A stretch of DNA of 64,000 nt from Thraustochytrium aureum (lineage: Eukaryota). Below are positions 1-11,560 of this stretch, in pieces. The notes beneath the pieces were generated by a model. The model was not told the origin of the DNA. It ran no database searches and saw only the letters and a program-made list of their open reading frames with translations. The stretch spans positions 39,063-103,062 of the forward strand of contig BLSG01000078.1 in NCBI GenBank assembly GCA_012862495.1, written 5' to 3'. A program made the position numbers and the translations under genes. Numbering within the stretch: position 1 is the stretch's first letter; the number at the start of each line of letters is the position of its first letter.

Positions 1-421
1 GCGACGACAATACGGCAGTTTGTGAACATTGGCCAGCGGGCGATGGTGGGGGGGGCGAGCGCCGTGGAGGGCCACGTGCTGCCCTTCTCCTTGGTGAGCG
101 GGAACCGGGCGCACTTGCTCGGTGCCAACCTGGTGGGGCCTGCGCCGCGCGGGCGTCGCCTCGCCGGAGATCCGCGCCTTGCAGCGCGCCCTGAGAGCTC
201 TGCAAGAGGCGCACGAATCCACGCAACCCGTCGGAGACCTTGCAACGCTTGCCCTTGGACTGCCCGGAACGGCGCCATTGGATCCGCAGAGCCGCCTTTT
301 GGCTGTTGCATACTTTGTCCTGTGCAACCACGGCCGCGCGGCAGAAGCTCCCGCGCAACCAGCTGACGCGGCGCTTTATGACTGGGGCCCCAAGCACCGG
401 CGCCTCGGCCTGACTCTGTGA
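1..421 (+). CDS. lpxA: LpxA-like acyl-[ACP]--UDP-N-acetylglucosamine O-acyltransferase, C-terminal part (5' end outside window; apparent +1 frameshift in G-run at 135-138)
   Basis: The frame from base 1 reads ATTIRQFVNIGQRAMVGGASAVEGHVLPFSLVSGNRAHLLGANLVG. It continues in the next frame as LRRAGVASPEIRALQRAL. This matches the last hexapeptide repeats and the GNxAxLxGxNxxGLRRxG C-terminal motif of LpxA. Confidence 0.75.
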
Positions 422-591
422 CCAGCGGAGGCAGAGAGGTTTCAAACAGCAAAATTCGAGTTTTGTGGACAAGCAATCTCTGTACAGCAGCTCGCGCCTC
501 GAGGCGGAGGACGATAGCCCCAAGCTTTGGTCTGGGCTTGCTCAAGCTCTCGACCCCTCTACCCTTTCCCCCAGCCGGCCGGGCAGGCGGC

Positions 592-920
592 TCATACTTT
601 TGCCTCGCCCTTTTCCTGGAACCTCTTGAAAAGCACGAAATCGACATAGCTCCGCGGCTCACGTCCTGCACGGATCGGCGTCCAGTGCCGTTTGCGCATG
701 TTGGTGAACCAGTTGCGAAGTTGAACTGGCGTGACGTTCGCCTCCGCGCAAAGGCGCTGCTTCTCAATGGCAGTCGGATACGGGTTGGCGACGTGCTCGA
801 AAAACCACGTCTTGAGTACCTCGTTCCCGCTTTGCGCGCCTGTCGAGCCTGTGCTGCCGCACGAGCTCTGCTCGCTAGAGGCTGACGAGCTACGAGCCAT
901 AACCGGACGAGTCTTGTGCA
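592..920 (-). CDS. Small TALE-class (KN-type) homeodomain protein; start uncertain (ORF is open to 1236)
   Basis: VLKTWFFEHVANPYPTAIEKQRLCAEANVTPVQLRNWFTNMRKRHW contains the PYP loop extension and the WFxNxRKR recognition helix of TALE homeodomains. Confidence 0.85.
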
Positions 921-3060
921 TGGGCGAGTGGTTCGTTGCGTGGCGTACCGTGTCGCTGTGCCGCCTCTTTGTACCGCGTTGCGTGTTCGGCGACCCCCGG
1001 CGCTTGGCTGTTCGCGCGTACAGTTTGAGCACAACGCTGCATCGACCTGGTCCGCTCCAAAAAGATTTCTGACGATATTGGCGCTCGACTCGAGGGCGCG
1101 GCGCTGGTCCTCCTTGATCCGGTCGAGCGTAACGTCGAGCTCGGAGCAGCTCGCTGCTCGTGTGTGGGCCGCGTACGTCTCGTGGTGAGTGACGAGGAAG
1201 GGGCCGATTGGCAGCGTCATGATTGGCTTTCAGCAAGCAGGCAAGCTGCCGAGGTCAGCCCAAGCCGAGTTTGGGGGTCTGTTGCCGACGTCAAGGCGGC
1301 TGTCAGTCAATTCGAGTCCGCGACGACGTGTCGCCGAATGCCGCACTGACGCCGGTTCCGCGACACCTGCCAACCACGCCCGCTAAGGTATGCTCCGGGT
1401 TTGCGAGACGAAATGCTGCTACCTTTCGCAAGTGAGACCTGCGCGAGGCGTTGTTCGCCCTGCCGCTCGCACGACTTGAATTGACGAGTTCGCGGAGCGA
1501 AACGAATTGCGCTGCGAAAAAACTCATCGCCCACATTGTGTATCGACCACATTGTGCATCGACCACGAGCCAAAGCTGTCACAGCCAACTGAGAAGGGGT
1601 CTAGTGTCTCTCTGTCCAGTCTCTGCACGGCGGCACGCGAACAAGGGAGGTTGAAGCGCAATGCATGCGAAGAAACGAACGCGGTGGTGTCGCGACCGTC
1701 GAGACCCGAAATTCCTTGAGCGCACCACGCGAGAGCGGAGGGTGCAGATGCAGCCTGATGGACGCCTCGCGCTCCTTGATAGCTAGGTCGGCGCGGCTGC
1801 GCCAAGGACCGAGAGGACCTGGTTGGCGTGCAGATAGAAAAAAAACCGACTCGGCCAGCACGGACTTCAGCGGCGCAGGAGACCAAAACGGCGCGCTTCT
1901 TCACATCTGTGTCCAGTGGATTACGTTCAGGCCGTGGCAAGTAACTCGGGCTGGCAATCAAACGATGCGAGAGTGCAGGCTAGACGAGAGTCGACGGTTT
2001 CTCACAACGTCGACAAGCGGCCATGTGCGCACGCCTGGACCACCACCCCCCCCCACCTGCAAGAAACCGCACACCGCTCCTTGACACCGCATTCGCACGC
2101 CTCGGGATTAATGCAGCGGCAATACCAGCGCAGCGTGCATCCGTCGTGGAGCGGGGTTTGTGTGGTCGAACGCTCTGATTGGTCCAAATCGACGAATCGT
2201 TCAGGGAGTTAGTTGCTCTCTGGACGAGTTGCAAGCCGGGCCAGTCCGCGCCGCTGCCAGGGAGGGACCCACGCCGTGCCAAGAGTCACAACTAGCACCA
2301 GCCAAAGATGTGGATGCCGCCTACCTTCTCGCACCCAGCATCCACTTCCCGGCACGAACGACACCAGGGTTTCATGGTCGTGTCATGCGCGTCAGTACCA
2401 GGGATCGCGTTGGATTGACAGCGCGCACGCTCCGTGACATGACCGTCGGAGATCGGGTGAAGCCGCTGACATGTTGATTGACCTTGGATCGATGGCGCAG
2501 CGCAGAGTTGTGTTGACTGAGGAGACCATGCAGAGAACGACGCGACTCGCATCAACTGCATTGCAATTTCACGAACAGACTGAAACAACGCAAAGCTCAG
2601 CGCTGGCCACCGGACAGCGCTATTGGACGAAAATGCCCCATCGTGGCACGTGATTGACCCCGAAACAGTGAGGCTCGGCGAAGCTCACATCAACGCAAAT
2701 GGGCCAATAGAAATGCAAGCGGGTAAACCTTCATCAGCAGAAAAAGCAACGTGGGAGTGGGCCGAGCGGAGCTTGGACGACGTAGACTGCCCCGAGCATC
2801 AATTCTTGCAGCAGTGTCTACCTTGGGTGTTGCGGCGTCAAATACTGACATGGTTCCGCCTGACGTCAAGCTCTTGCAACAGCGAGGCGGCGCCCAGCGT
2901 GGCGACGCACCAGCGCGGCGCTCGGACAAAGCGCGCGCTACGTGAGAGGACAGCTTGGTGAAAGAGACGTGCGTGCTGGTTCGACCGGCGCAGTTGGCTC
3001 GGCCCAGGAAATCGCACGAGCCGAGTCACCGCAGAGCTGCCCTGCCTCCAAAGTGCACGC

Positions 3061-3093
3061 AGGCAGGCAGGCAAGCAGGCAGGCAGGCAGGCA
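3061..3093. repeat. (GCAG)n microsatellite
   Basis: aggcaggcaggcaagcaggcaggcaggcaggcag is seen directly, just downstream of the aminotransferase stop codon. Confidence 0.9.
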
Positions 3094-3130
3094 GGTAAGA
3101 GTGCCGAGGAGGCAGTCGTCATCAGTTGCT

Positions 3131-4326
3131 TCACAGACCGCCGCACTTGCGTCGGACCATCTCGTTATACCAGTGCTGAATCTGTCGAACCATAGGGCCA
3201 GGCTCGAACGGAGGGTCGCGGCCTTGATACCAGGTGTCGTACAAGCGCGAGCCGATTTGGCGGCCGTCGACCTCCCTGACCGGCGTAATGCCGCCAAAGG
3301 TCCCTGTAACAAAGGCCTCTTGTGCCCCGTATACCTCGTACAGCGAAAAGTCGCGCTCGAAAGCCTCAACACCGTTCTCGCGGCATAGCTGAAGGACGTT
3401 GGCTCGCGTGATGCCAGGGATGCAGTGGTTTCCGTTGGAGGTCCAGACCTGGCCGTTCCGGACGATGAAGAAGTGCACCGAGTTGCACGTGGCGACGTTT
3501 CCTGCGTTGCTCACCAGTACGGGCGCACCAGTGAGCCCACGGCAATCGTCGTGCACAAGAGGAACAGCGAGCAAGCGGCGCGAGCAAAGCCCCACTTACC
3601 AAAGGGATCGAGCATGAGTCCCTCGTCCGCTCCAGCCTTGCCCGCGGCTATGCAAGCAGTGACGCAGTTGATCTTGGAGTGGCTGTTGAGCTTTTGGTCT
3701 TGGACGTCGGCAAAGCCGCGCCGGACGTGGACAGTATGGAGCCGGATCCCCTCCTGCTGCGCAGGCGAGGATATCGATGCTGCGGGCTTGTGCTCCGCGA
3801 TACAAACGATTGTTGCAGGCCCCTTATTGACAGCCGGGCCTTGGTACGGCGTGTACTTTTCACCGCGTGTGACCATCCTGTTTAGGAGAGGCGGGTGGAG
3901 AAGGCGAACGGGGCAGCGTTAGAGCGAGTTCGTCCATTCTCTTCGAGGAGGCCTTTCTGATCAACTCACAGACGCGCGTGGCAGCCCGACTGCAAGTCGT
4001 TCACCTCAACAAGCTTATAAAGATCTGCCTCCAGCTCGCGCGGCCCGACACCGATGTCGATGTCAAGGTACTTGCAAGCCTCGTACAGTCGCCGAAGGTG
4101 CTCCTCGAGGCAAAACCATTGCCTGTTGTAGAGCCGCAAGCCTTCCTATGGCGCTCGCTCGGTCCGCATCGCCAGCAGCGGTCAGCGCGGCCGACGGTCG
4201 TTCGCAAAAGCTGCGGCGGGACTGCCAGCCAGCTGCGGCGAGACGGCCGGGCTGCGGCCGGTCACTTACCCAAACGCCGTCGCCGAGCAGAAACCCGCTG
4301 TCGAACACCGACACAAGCGCGTCTTT
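3131..4326 (-). CDS. Class IV PLP-dependent aminotransferase (branched-chain/D-amino-acid aminotransferase-like); introns 4146-4269, 3878-3969, 3502-3599; 5' end in gap
   Basis: Splicing three GT-AG introns (donors GTAAGT, GTGAGT, GTAAGT) gives a continuous frame. It reads SVFDSGFLLGDGVW|EGLRLY...HLRRLY...RL|MVTRG...KLNSHSKINC...EGLMLDPFG|NVATCNS...PGITR...EAFVTGTFGGITPV, all class IV motifs. Confidence 0.92.
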
Positions 4327-4843
4327 NNNNNNNNNNNNNNNNNNNNNNNNNNNNNNNNNNNNNNNNNNNNNNNNNNNNNNNNNNNNNNNNNNNNNNNNNN
4401 NNNNNNNNNNNNNNNNNNNNNNNNNNNNNNNNNNNNNNNNNNNNNNNNNNNNNNNNNNNNNNNNNNNNNNNNNNNNNNNNNNNNNNNNNNNNNNNNNNNN
4501 NNNNNNNNNNNNNNNNNNNNNNNNNNNNNNNNNNNNNNNNNNNNNNNNNNNNNNNNNNNNNNNNNNNNNNNNNNNNNNNNNNNNNNNNNNNNNNNNNNNN
4601 NNNNNNNNNNNNNNNNNNNNNNNNNNNNNNNNNNNNNNNNNNNNNNNNNNNNNNNNNNNNNNNNNNNNNNNNNNNNNNNNNNNNNNNNNNNNNNNNNNNN
4701 NNNNNNNNNNNNNNNNNNNNNNNNNNNNNNNNNNNNNNNNNNNNNNNNNNNNNNNNNNNNNNNNNNNNNNNNNNNNNNNNNNNNNNNNNNNNNNNNNNNN
4801 NNNNNNNNNNNNNNNNNNNNNNNNNNNNNNNNNNNNNNNNNNN

Positions 4844-5359
4844 CGAAGGCCAGAATGTCGCGGCTCGCGGCGCAGCTCGCAGCGCCCCCAGCTGCGGCTG
4901 CGGCGCCCCGAGCGGCTCGCCTGCCGCGACGAGGGCGCTGCGCAGGCGCCTGCGGAGACGCTCTTTGCGCGCTTTTGCTCCGGTGAGAGCGAGGAGGAGC
5001 TGCGACGAAGGATGATGCCGAGGTGGAAAAAGGGCGACCTCGTCGTCCTGGACCGGCAGCGCGGTGTCGGGCAAGTAGTTGGCGTGCATACGGACGACCT
5101 CTCTGGCGTGTACTACACCGTGGTGCTTGTTGGGGACGAGGTCGAGCGGGAGGTCCAGACGACCGGCGCGCATGTGCTTGCGGTCCTCGAGGCGGACGAG
5201 GACGACGCCGAGCAGGACGGCCCAGCGGAGCAGGACGACGGCCCGGCAGAGCAGGGCAGCGGGCCGGTGGAGCAGAGCGGCCCAGAAGAGCAGAACGCCG
5301 TGCCGATGCAGGAATCTAACGGTGAGGACGGCTCAGCGAGCGACGACGGAGAGCACTAG
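4844..5359 (+). CDS. Hypothetical protein, 3' part (small beta-rich SH3-like module followed by an acidic tail); 5' end in gap
   Basis: WKKGDLVVLDRQRGVGQVVGVHTDDLSGVYYTVVLVGDEVEREVQT is followed by a D/E-rich tail and TAG at 5357-5359. Codon usage looks coding. Confidence 0.55.
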   Translation, partial: RRPECRGSRRSSQRPQLRLRRPERLACRDEGAAQAPAETLFARFCSGESEEELRRRMMPRWKKGDLVVLDRQRGVGQVVGVHTDDLSGVYYTVVLVGDEVEREVQTTGAHVLAVLEADEDDAEQDGPAEQDDGPAEQGSGPVEQSGPEEQNAVPMQESNGEDGSASDDGEH

Positions 5360-5644
5360 GACGCGCGAGCGGAGCCCTGCAGCGCAGGCCCAGCTTGCTG
5401 GTTGAATCGAGCGCTGCGCGCAAGTTCGGGCTCAGCTCGTAGGCGGAGTGGTTGAGCAATTTATAGCGTTACAAGCAGCTCGTATACGGTATACGCGGCA
5501 ATAAGATGAACAAACAATGACGCCTTGCCAGGCCCAGGCAACTAACTGGGCGCACCCTGCTGACTGACATGGAGACGCACGAGGCACGGCCGCGCGCCTG
5601 TAGAAGAGGCGGCCCTGCTGACACACGGGACACGGCCGCACGCC

Positions 5645-7556
5645 TCAGAGGCGGTCTGCCGCGGAGGAGTACGACTTGTTACTGGCGGTGAGGCCCACCT
5701 TCTTTTGCAAGGCCGCCCACCGTCGTGAAGTGAGCGCGACAGCTTTGAGGCGACCGAAAAAGCGCTCGACGTCGAACGGCGGAAGGTTGCGCAGAACGAA
5801 CAGCGCCGTGTCAAAGTCGAGGAGGCGCAGCTGAACGTCAAAGGTCTTGAGTAAAGCGATGATGACGCGCCACAAGAATCGCTCCTTGCGCTCGCGCGAG
5901 TCAAAGAATAGGTAGCAGTCCCAAAGTCGAGCCGCGACGTCGAGCGGCAGCGCGCGCGAGAAGAGGGTCAGGAGCCAGTCTATGAGGTACATGTCAGGTT
6001 GGACGCCGATGTGCGCCAGGTGGTCGTGCAGCGCAGGGATGTGCTCGCGCAAGAGCTCGTTAAAAAATGCAAGCTCCATTTGCAGGATCTTCTCGTCCCT
6101 GTTGCGCACTATGTTGAAAAAGACGTGGTCTTCCAGGATGTTGCAAAAGCATACGAACGCAGTGTCGCGCCCCATATTGAGCAAGAGCATGGCCGCCACG
6201 TGCGACATGCCCTGCACATAGCCAATTCCAGGCCTGAACAGCGAGTACGATTCGAGGATGTCGCGAAGGTCGCCGCGAAAAGGCCCGTCGCCTTCTTTGA
6301 AGAAGGCGAGGTCTGGAAACGTCCTGCTGAGGTCTTGCTCAATCTGCGCTGCCACGCTTGTCCGCCGTGCGCCGATGCGTGGCGTTGAAGATGGGGTCGG
6401 CGGTAGCTCGAGCGGTTGTGGCCAGGCCAGAGTTTTCGCCCCTGGGGCAGTCGCGAGCGCGGGCGCATCATCGAGCTCTGCAAACTGGTCGTCCTCGCTG
6501 TCTTGNNNNNNNNNNNNNNNNNNNNNNNNNNNNNNNNNNNNNNNNNNNNNNNNNNNNNNNNNNNNNNNNNNNNNNNNNNNNNNNNNNNNNNNNNNNNNNN
6601 NNNNNNNNNNNNNNNNNNNNNNNNNNNNNNNNNNNNNNNNNNNNNNNNNNNNNNNNNNNNNNNNNNNNNNNNNNNNNNNNNNNNNNNNNNNNNNNNNNNN
6701 NNNNNNNNNNNNNNNNNNNNNNNNNNNNNNNNNNNNNNNNNNNNNNNNNNNNNNNNNNNNNNNNNNNNNNNNNNNNNNNNNNNNNNNNNNNNNNNNNNNN
6801 NNNNNNNNNNNNNNNNNNNNNNNNNNNNGCGGCCTCGGTAGGCCCGTTTACAGTCCCGTCCTGTGGCCCCTGGTGTTGCAGCGGCCTCGGCAGGCCCGTT
6901 TACAGTACCGACACCTGAACAGCAGACGTCTGTTCCCGCCGCGGCGGCGGTCACATCATCGGTCGGGCGAGGCGGCAGCCCCTGCTCCGAGACCACTTCC
7001 TCTCGAGGACCTACGGGTCTCTCCGGGGGAAGGCCGAGGCGTCGCCCTCTGCGTCGGACTCGGAGCAGAGCGTGTCGACGTCGCTGGCCGAGGCAGCTTG
7101 TTCGTCGCGCACGAAGCGGATCTCGTCAGATTTGGCCCTCAAAACGTCGAAGAGGTCTCGCGTGATGCGCAAGCGGTTGCCGACGAGCGCTGGCCAAGCG
7201 CGGGCACGGACTGCGGGCGGGATGCCTTCGAAGCAAGCCGTCTCGACGCGTTGGCGAAGCGTGCGGCGCGGGCTCACCACGCCGAGTGCCAGGAGCCCGA
7301 GCGAATTCGGCGCGCTCATGGATAGCGGGAGCGTTGGGAGGTCGTCGTCGGCCTTGGGCGAGCTTCCATACCGAGCGAGGTCCTGGCGCTCGAAGCTGCA
7401 GCTGGTGCTCGTCCCCGCGGCGCCGCTACCCGTGCGCGCCCCGCTCTGGCGGTTTGGAGACGCTTTGTTGCCGTGCAGTGCGGCGGCGGCCCTCCAGGCG
7501 GGCAAGAACTCGACGTCCCAGAGGCGGGTGGCTCGCGCGACGGTTGCCGCGTCCAT
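5645..7556 (-). CDS. Rab-GAP TBC-domain protein (TBC1D12/14-like); interrupted by gap 6506-6828 and frameshifts near 7010 and 6360
   Basis: TBC motifs are present: GIPPAVRARAWPALVGN, IEQDLSRTFP (R-finger), GYVQGMSHVAAMLL (Q-finger), DWLLTLFSRALPLDVAARLWD. Confidence 0.9.
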
Positions 7557-7997
7557 CCCGCCTCGAGGCAGGCGCCAGACCTAGCGCACCCACGCGCGCG
7601 AGTCTCCCCCGTCCTCCCGCTTGGCTGCTGAGCGAACCGTTGGCTGCGCCCGCCTGAGGCGCCGGCCGGTCGCCTGGATTGCCTGAGGCCCCACCGAGTG
7701 ACCGCGTTGTGACAACTTTGGTTTGCTTGGAGGACGGAGGACAGAGTGAGGGTGGACATCGATGATGCGCAGACGGGACGCCTGAGCACTCGTCGCTCCT
7801 CCGAGCACTCCAAGCCGCGGCCCGGGGCGGGCAACGAGCCTTTGTCTTGATCTTGTCTTGATCTTGATCAAGTTGGAAGACAAGGCAACGAGAAGAAAGC
7901 GAGCAGGTAAGGCAAAGCAAAGGTCTAAGGTCATGGCTTTGATCAGGTTCACGGGCACGGCGATTGGCAGCGCGCCCGGTCTATGTTCTCCTCTCAC

Positions 7998-8897
7998 TTG
8001 GGCGGCTTGGTGGCCAACGAGTTTGAGGACCCGGCGTTTACGGAGCCCTGCGAGATGGAGGCGATCATCTTTGAGCGCACAGGGCCAAACACGAGGCTGA
8101 GCGTGCGCTGCATCGAGCTCACAAAGCTGTTAATGCGGGGCATTGACGAGTTGCCCCCGCCACCACGTGCGCTAGGGCCGCCCTCGTGCCCTTCAAGGTC
8201 AGGGTTTCCATCAACGCCTCCAATATTCATGTCCTCCTCCATGTCTGGGTTGGGGAAGTCTTCGTTGCCGTCTTGCTGCAGACGATGCTCGTTGGCGTCG
8301 CTCATTGCGACGGCAGCGGCGAGCTCGCTTGCCACGTGCAGCGCGTGTTTCGCGCTCTCGCTAGCGGCGTGTTTGTTTCGGAAAGGGGCTGGCAGCGGCC
8401 GTTGCGGCGGCGGGCCCCGTCCGCCGGTCTTGTGCGTTGCGACTGGCTGCTAGCTGGCGAGCCGAGCCGATCGTTCGCGCGGCCTGCAGAGGCTCAGACG
8501 CCGCAGTCGTAGCTCGGCCGGCGCCCGGCGCCCTCTCTCGTCAGCTGGGCGAGCAGGATGGTGCCCCGTGGACGGCGGCAGGTCTCCGCGCGCTTGCGCC
8601 GGGCCTGCCGTCCGCGAAAGCCGGGCCCCTCTACAAAACGCGGGCCGCGTTGCGCCGCCGGGCGAAAGGGGCAGCAGGAGGCCGAGCAGGAGGCCGAGCG
8701 GGAGGCCGAGCGGGAGGCCGAGCAGGAGGCCGAGCGGGAGGCCGAGCGGGAGGAGAATGTGGTACTGCCAGGTCGCTGCCAGGCAAGCGGCTTTCTCCGC
8801 TGCCGTTGCTGCCGCCGCCACCAGAGTTGCCCAAGGCCGGCCTGCACTGCGCGAGCGCAGGTCGGTGGTGGTCACATGGCTCCGACCGAGGGGCCAT
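7998..8897 (-). CDS. Probable 5' exon(s) of the TBC gene (low-complexity N-terminus); exon structure uncertain
   Basis: An open frame runs from about 8450 to 7998 (PVATHKTGGRGPPPQRPLPAPF...NSLATKPPK) and ends at a GTGAG donor-like site. A possible first exon starts at ATG 8897. The join to the TBC core could not be resolved. Confidence 0.35.
8678..8753. repeat. 12-bp tandem repeat (GAGGCCGAGCRG) x ~6
   Basis: gaggccgagcag/gaggccgagcgg units are seen directly. Confidence 0.9.
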
Positions 8898-11560
8898 GGG
8901 GGAGCGCGCTCCTCACATCCGTACGCACCCAAACCGCGGACTCGTTCTCCCTTCGCAACAGGAAAAAGTGTCGCACATTCCTCACAACAACTGCAGGCAC
9001 AGACACTAAAATAAATATATTTACTTCTTTTTTCCCTTGCGCTTTCCTTTTGATTGACGGAAGCAAAGTTGTGCCTGAAAAGAACGCTTGAACGGACACT
9101 CTGCTGCTTCTTGAAAGCGGAGTGAACCTGCCGCCCCCTCACAGATGCCGTGAAGAGCGCCACGATCGTTTCGAGGCCTTCGCAGCTTTTGAACTGGCCA
9201 TACCTCTTTCCTCTCTGTTTCCTCTTGTGTTTCCTTCGAACGCACCACGGTGAACATGTCGGTCGTCCTGCGGCTCCAAGGTTGGCTTGTGAACGTGTCT
9301 TCCCTTGGCCTGCGCTTCGCACCACTCCGTGCTTTGCCGGGTGATGAGCAGCCTGATGAGAGCCTGATGAGCGTCTCAGCTCAGGCTGGCAGGCTGCAAG
9401 GCAAGTACAAGGCCTACCTGCTCTTCAGTGATGCAGTTGGTACTCCCTGCCAGTGCACGCCGTCTCGGTGCGGAATCCACTTTGACGCGCAATGACGATG
9501 TCAGCGCAATGGCGCGGCGAGCGAGCGCACCGGTCGCGCAGGAGGGGCGGAGCAGGCGGCGGGTGGCGGCGGCGCGCGGTGCGCCCTCGCCCCAACTGCT
9601 CGCTGAGCGGCATGCACGATGAAATGCACGGGGCGCTCTGGTGTCAATCTCGGTGAGAGGAATTTTTTCCTCAGGCTCAGCAGGCTGTCGATGGCCAGCC
9701 GTATGCGACACTTGGTTTGGCAGTCATTGGTTTTGGCAAATGTGCGAGCCGACTCGAGTTTCTTGCCCAAGGGCGTCGATAACTACGCAGTAGGTTCTCC
9801 AGCCGAGCTAGCTGCTCTGGGCAGGAAATCGTGACACCAAGGAGATCCTCCTTGGTGACACTCTCCGACCTCGGCAACACCGCAAACACGATTGTGACTC
9901 GTTCGAGAGATTGCGCGAGGGAAATGCGCGCACGAGAGCGCCACGATGTCAGCGAAATCCGTCGAATCGGTTTGCCACTTGCTTGGCATGCGCTGGCAGG
10001 CTCCGCAACAGGAAGGGTGGTGAAAGTGTGTTGGCTGAAGGCGATTGCATCAGCGGCGCCGGCGATGGCTGCGCCGAGCCGCGTTCCCCTTGACCACGGC
10101 CTTGACCGTTGCGGGACGGAAACTCGGTGCGAAGTCCACCGCTGTCAGCGTTCGCGGCGCTTGGATGCCAGTCGGGACGCATCCTTGCCAGGAAACCGCC
10201 ACATGAATCGGACCCTCGTCGCTGACTGTCCGAGCACCCCGTCCTTGAGGCCGATCAAAAGGTCGATCGTCACGGTGGAGAACTTGGACTCGGGACGCGC
10301 GGCAAGTTGGACTTGGACTCGGGCTCGAGTCGAGCTCGACTCGAGCTAGCCAGCGCGGGCAGCAACTCGCGATCAACGTGCTGATCGTGAACAGGGCGAG
10401 CAAACGAGTCAGTTTGCCCAGAAACGAAGCGAAAAAGAAAAGAAAAAGAGCCATTACGCCTTTCTTGATCGTCACGCGCACGCCTCAAGAATGCACGAAT
10501 CAAACGTCGAATGCCCCGGTACACCTTCGCGCCGCATTCACCAACATAGTGTGACCGCGTCTGTCCGCCGTGAAGGGGGCTAGCGCCTGCAGTATGCCGA
10601 TTCTCTCGTGCAAAGTANNNNNNNNNNNNNNNNNNNNNNNNNNNNNNNNNNNNNNNNNNNNNNNNNNNNNNNNNNNNNNNNNNNNNNNNNNNNNNNNNNN
10701 NNNNNNNNNNNNNNNNNNNNNNNNNNNNNNNNNNNNNNNNNNNNNNNNNNNNNNNNNNNNNNNNNNNNNNNNNNNNNNNNNNNNNNNNNNNNNNNNNNNN
10801 NNNNNNNNNNNNNNNNNNNNNNNNNNNNNNNNNNNNNNNNNNNNNNNNNNNNNNNNNNNNNNNNNNNNNNNNNNNNNNNNNNNNNNNNNNNNNNNNNNNN
10901 NNNNNNNNNNNNNNNNNNNNNNNNNNNNNNNNNNNNNNNNNNNNNNNNNNNNNNNNNNNNNNNNNNNNNNNNNNNNNNNNNNNNNNNNNNNNNNNNNNNN
11001 NNNNNNNNNNNNNNNNNNNNNNNNNNNNNNNNNNNNNNNNNNNNNNNNNNNNNNNNNNNNNNNNNNNNNNNNNNNNNNNNNNNNNNNNNNNNNNNNNNNN
11101 NNNNNNNNNNNNNNNNNNNNNNNNNNNNNNNNNNNNNNNNNNNNNNNNNNNNNNNNNNNNNNNNNNNNNNNNNNNNNNNNNNNNNNNNNNNNNNNNNNNN
11201 NNNNNNNNNNNNNNNNNNNNNNNNNNNNNNNNNNNNNNNNNNNNNNNNNNNNNNNNNNNNNNNNNNNNNNNNNNNNNNNNNNNNNNNNNNNNNNNNNNNN
11301 NNNNNNNNNNNNNNNNNNNNNNNNNNNNNNNNNNNNNNNNNNNNNNNNNNNNNNNNNNNNNNNNNNNNNNNNNNNNNNNNNNNNNNNNNNNNNNNNNNNN
11401 NNNNNNNNNNNNNNNNNNNNNNNNNNNNNNNNNNNNNNNNNNNNNNNNNNNNNNNNNNNNNNNNNNNNNNNNNNNNNNNNNNNNNNNNNNNNNNNNNNNN
11501 NNNNNNNNNNNNNNNNNNNNNNNNNNNNNNNNNNNNNNNNNNNNNNNNNNNNNNNNNNNN

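Noticed and set aside
1240..3000. Short ORFs between the homeobox and aminotransferase genes (also 9300-10617 and 19000-20500)
   Set aside because: They show no recognisable motifs or clear coding bias. A fragmented gene cannot be excluded but is not supportable from the sequence.
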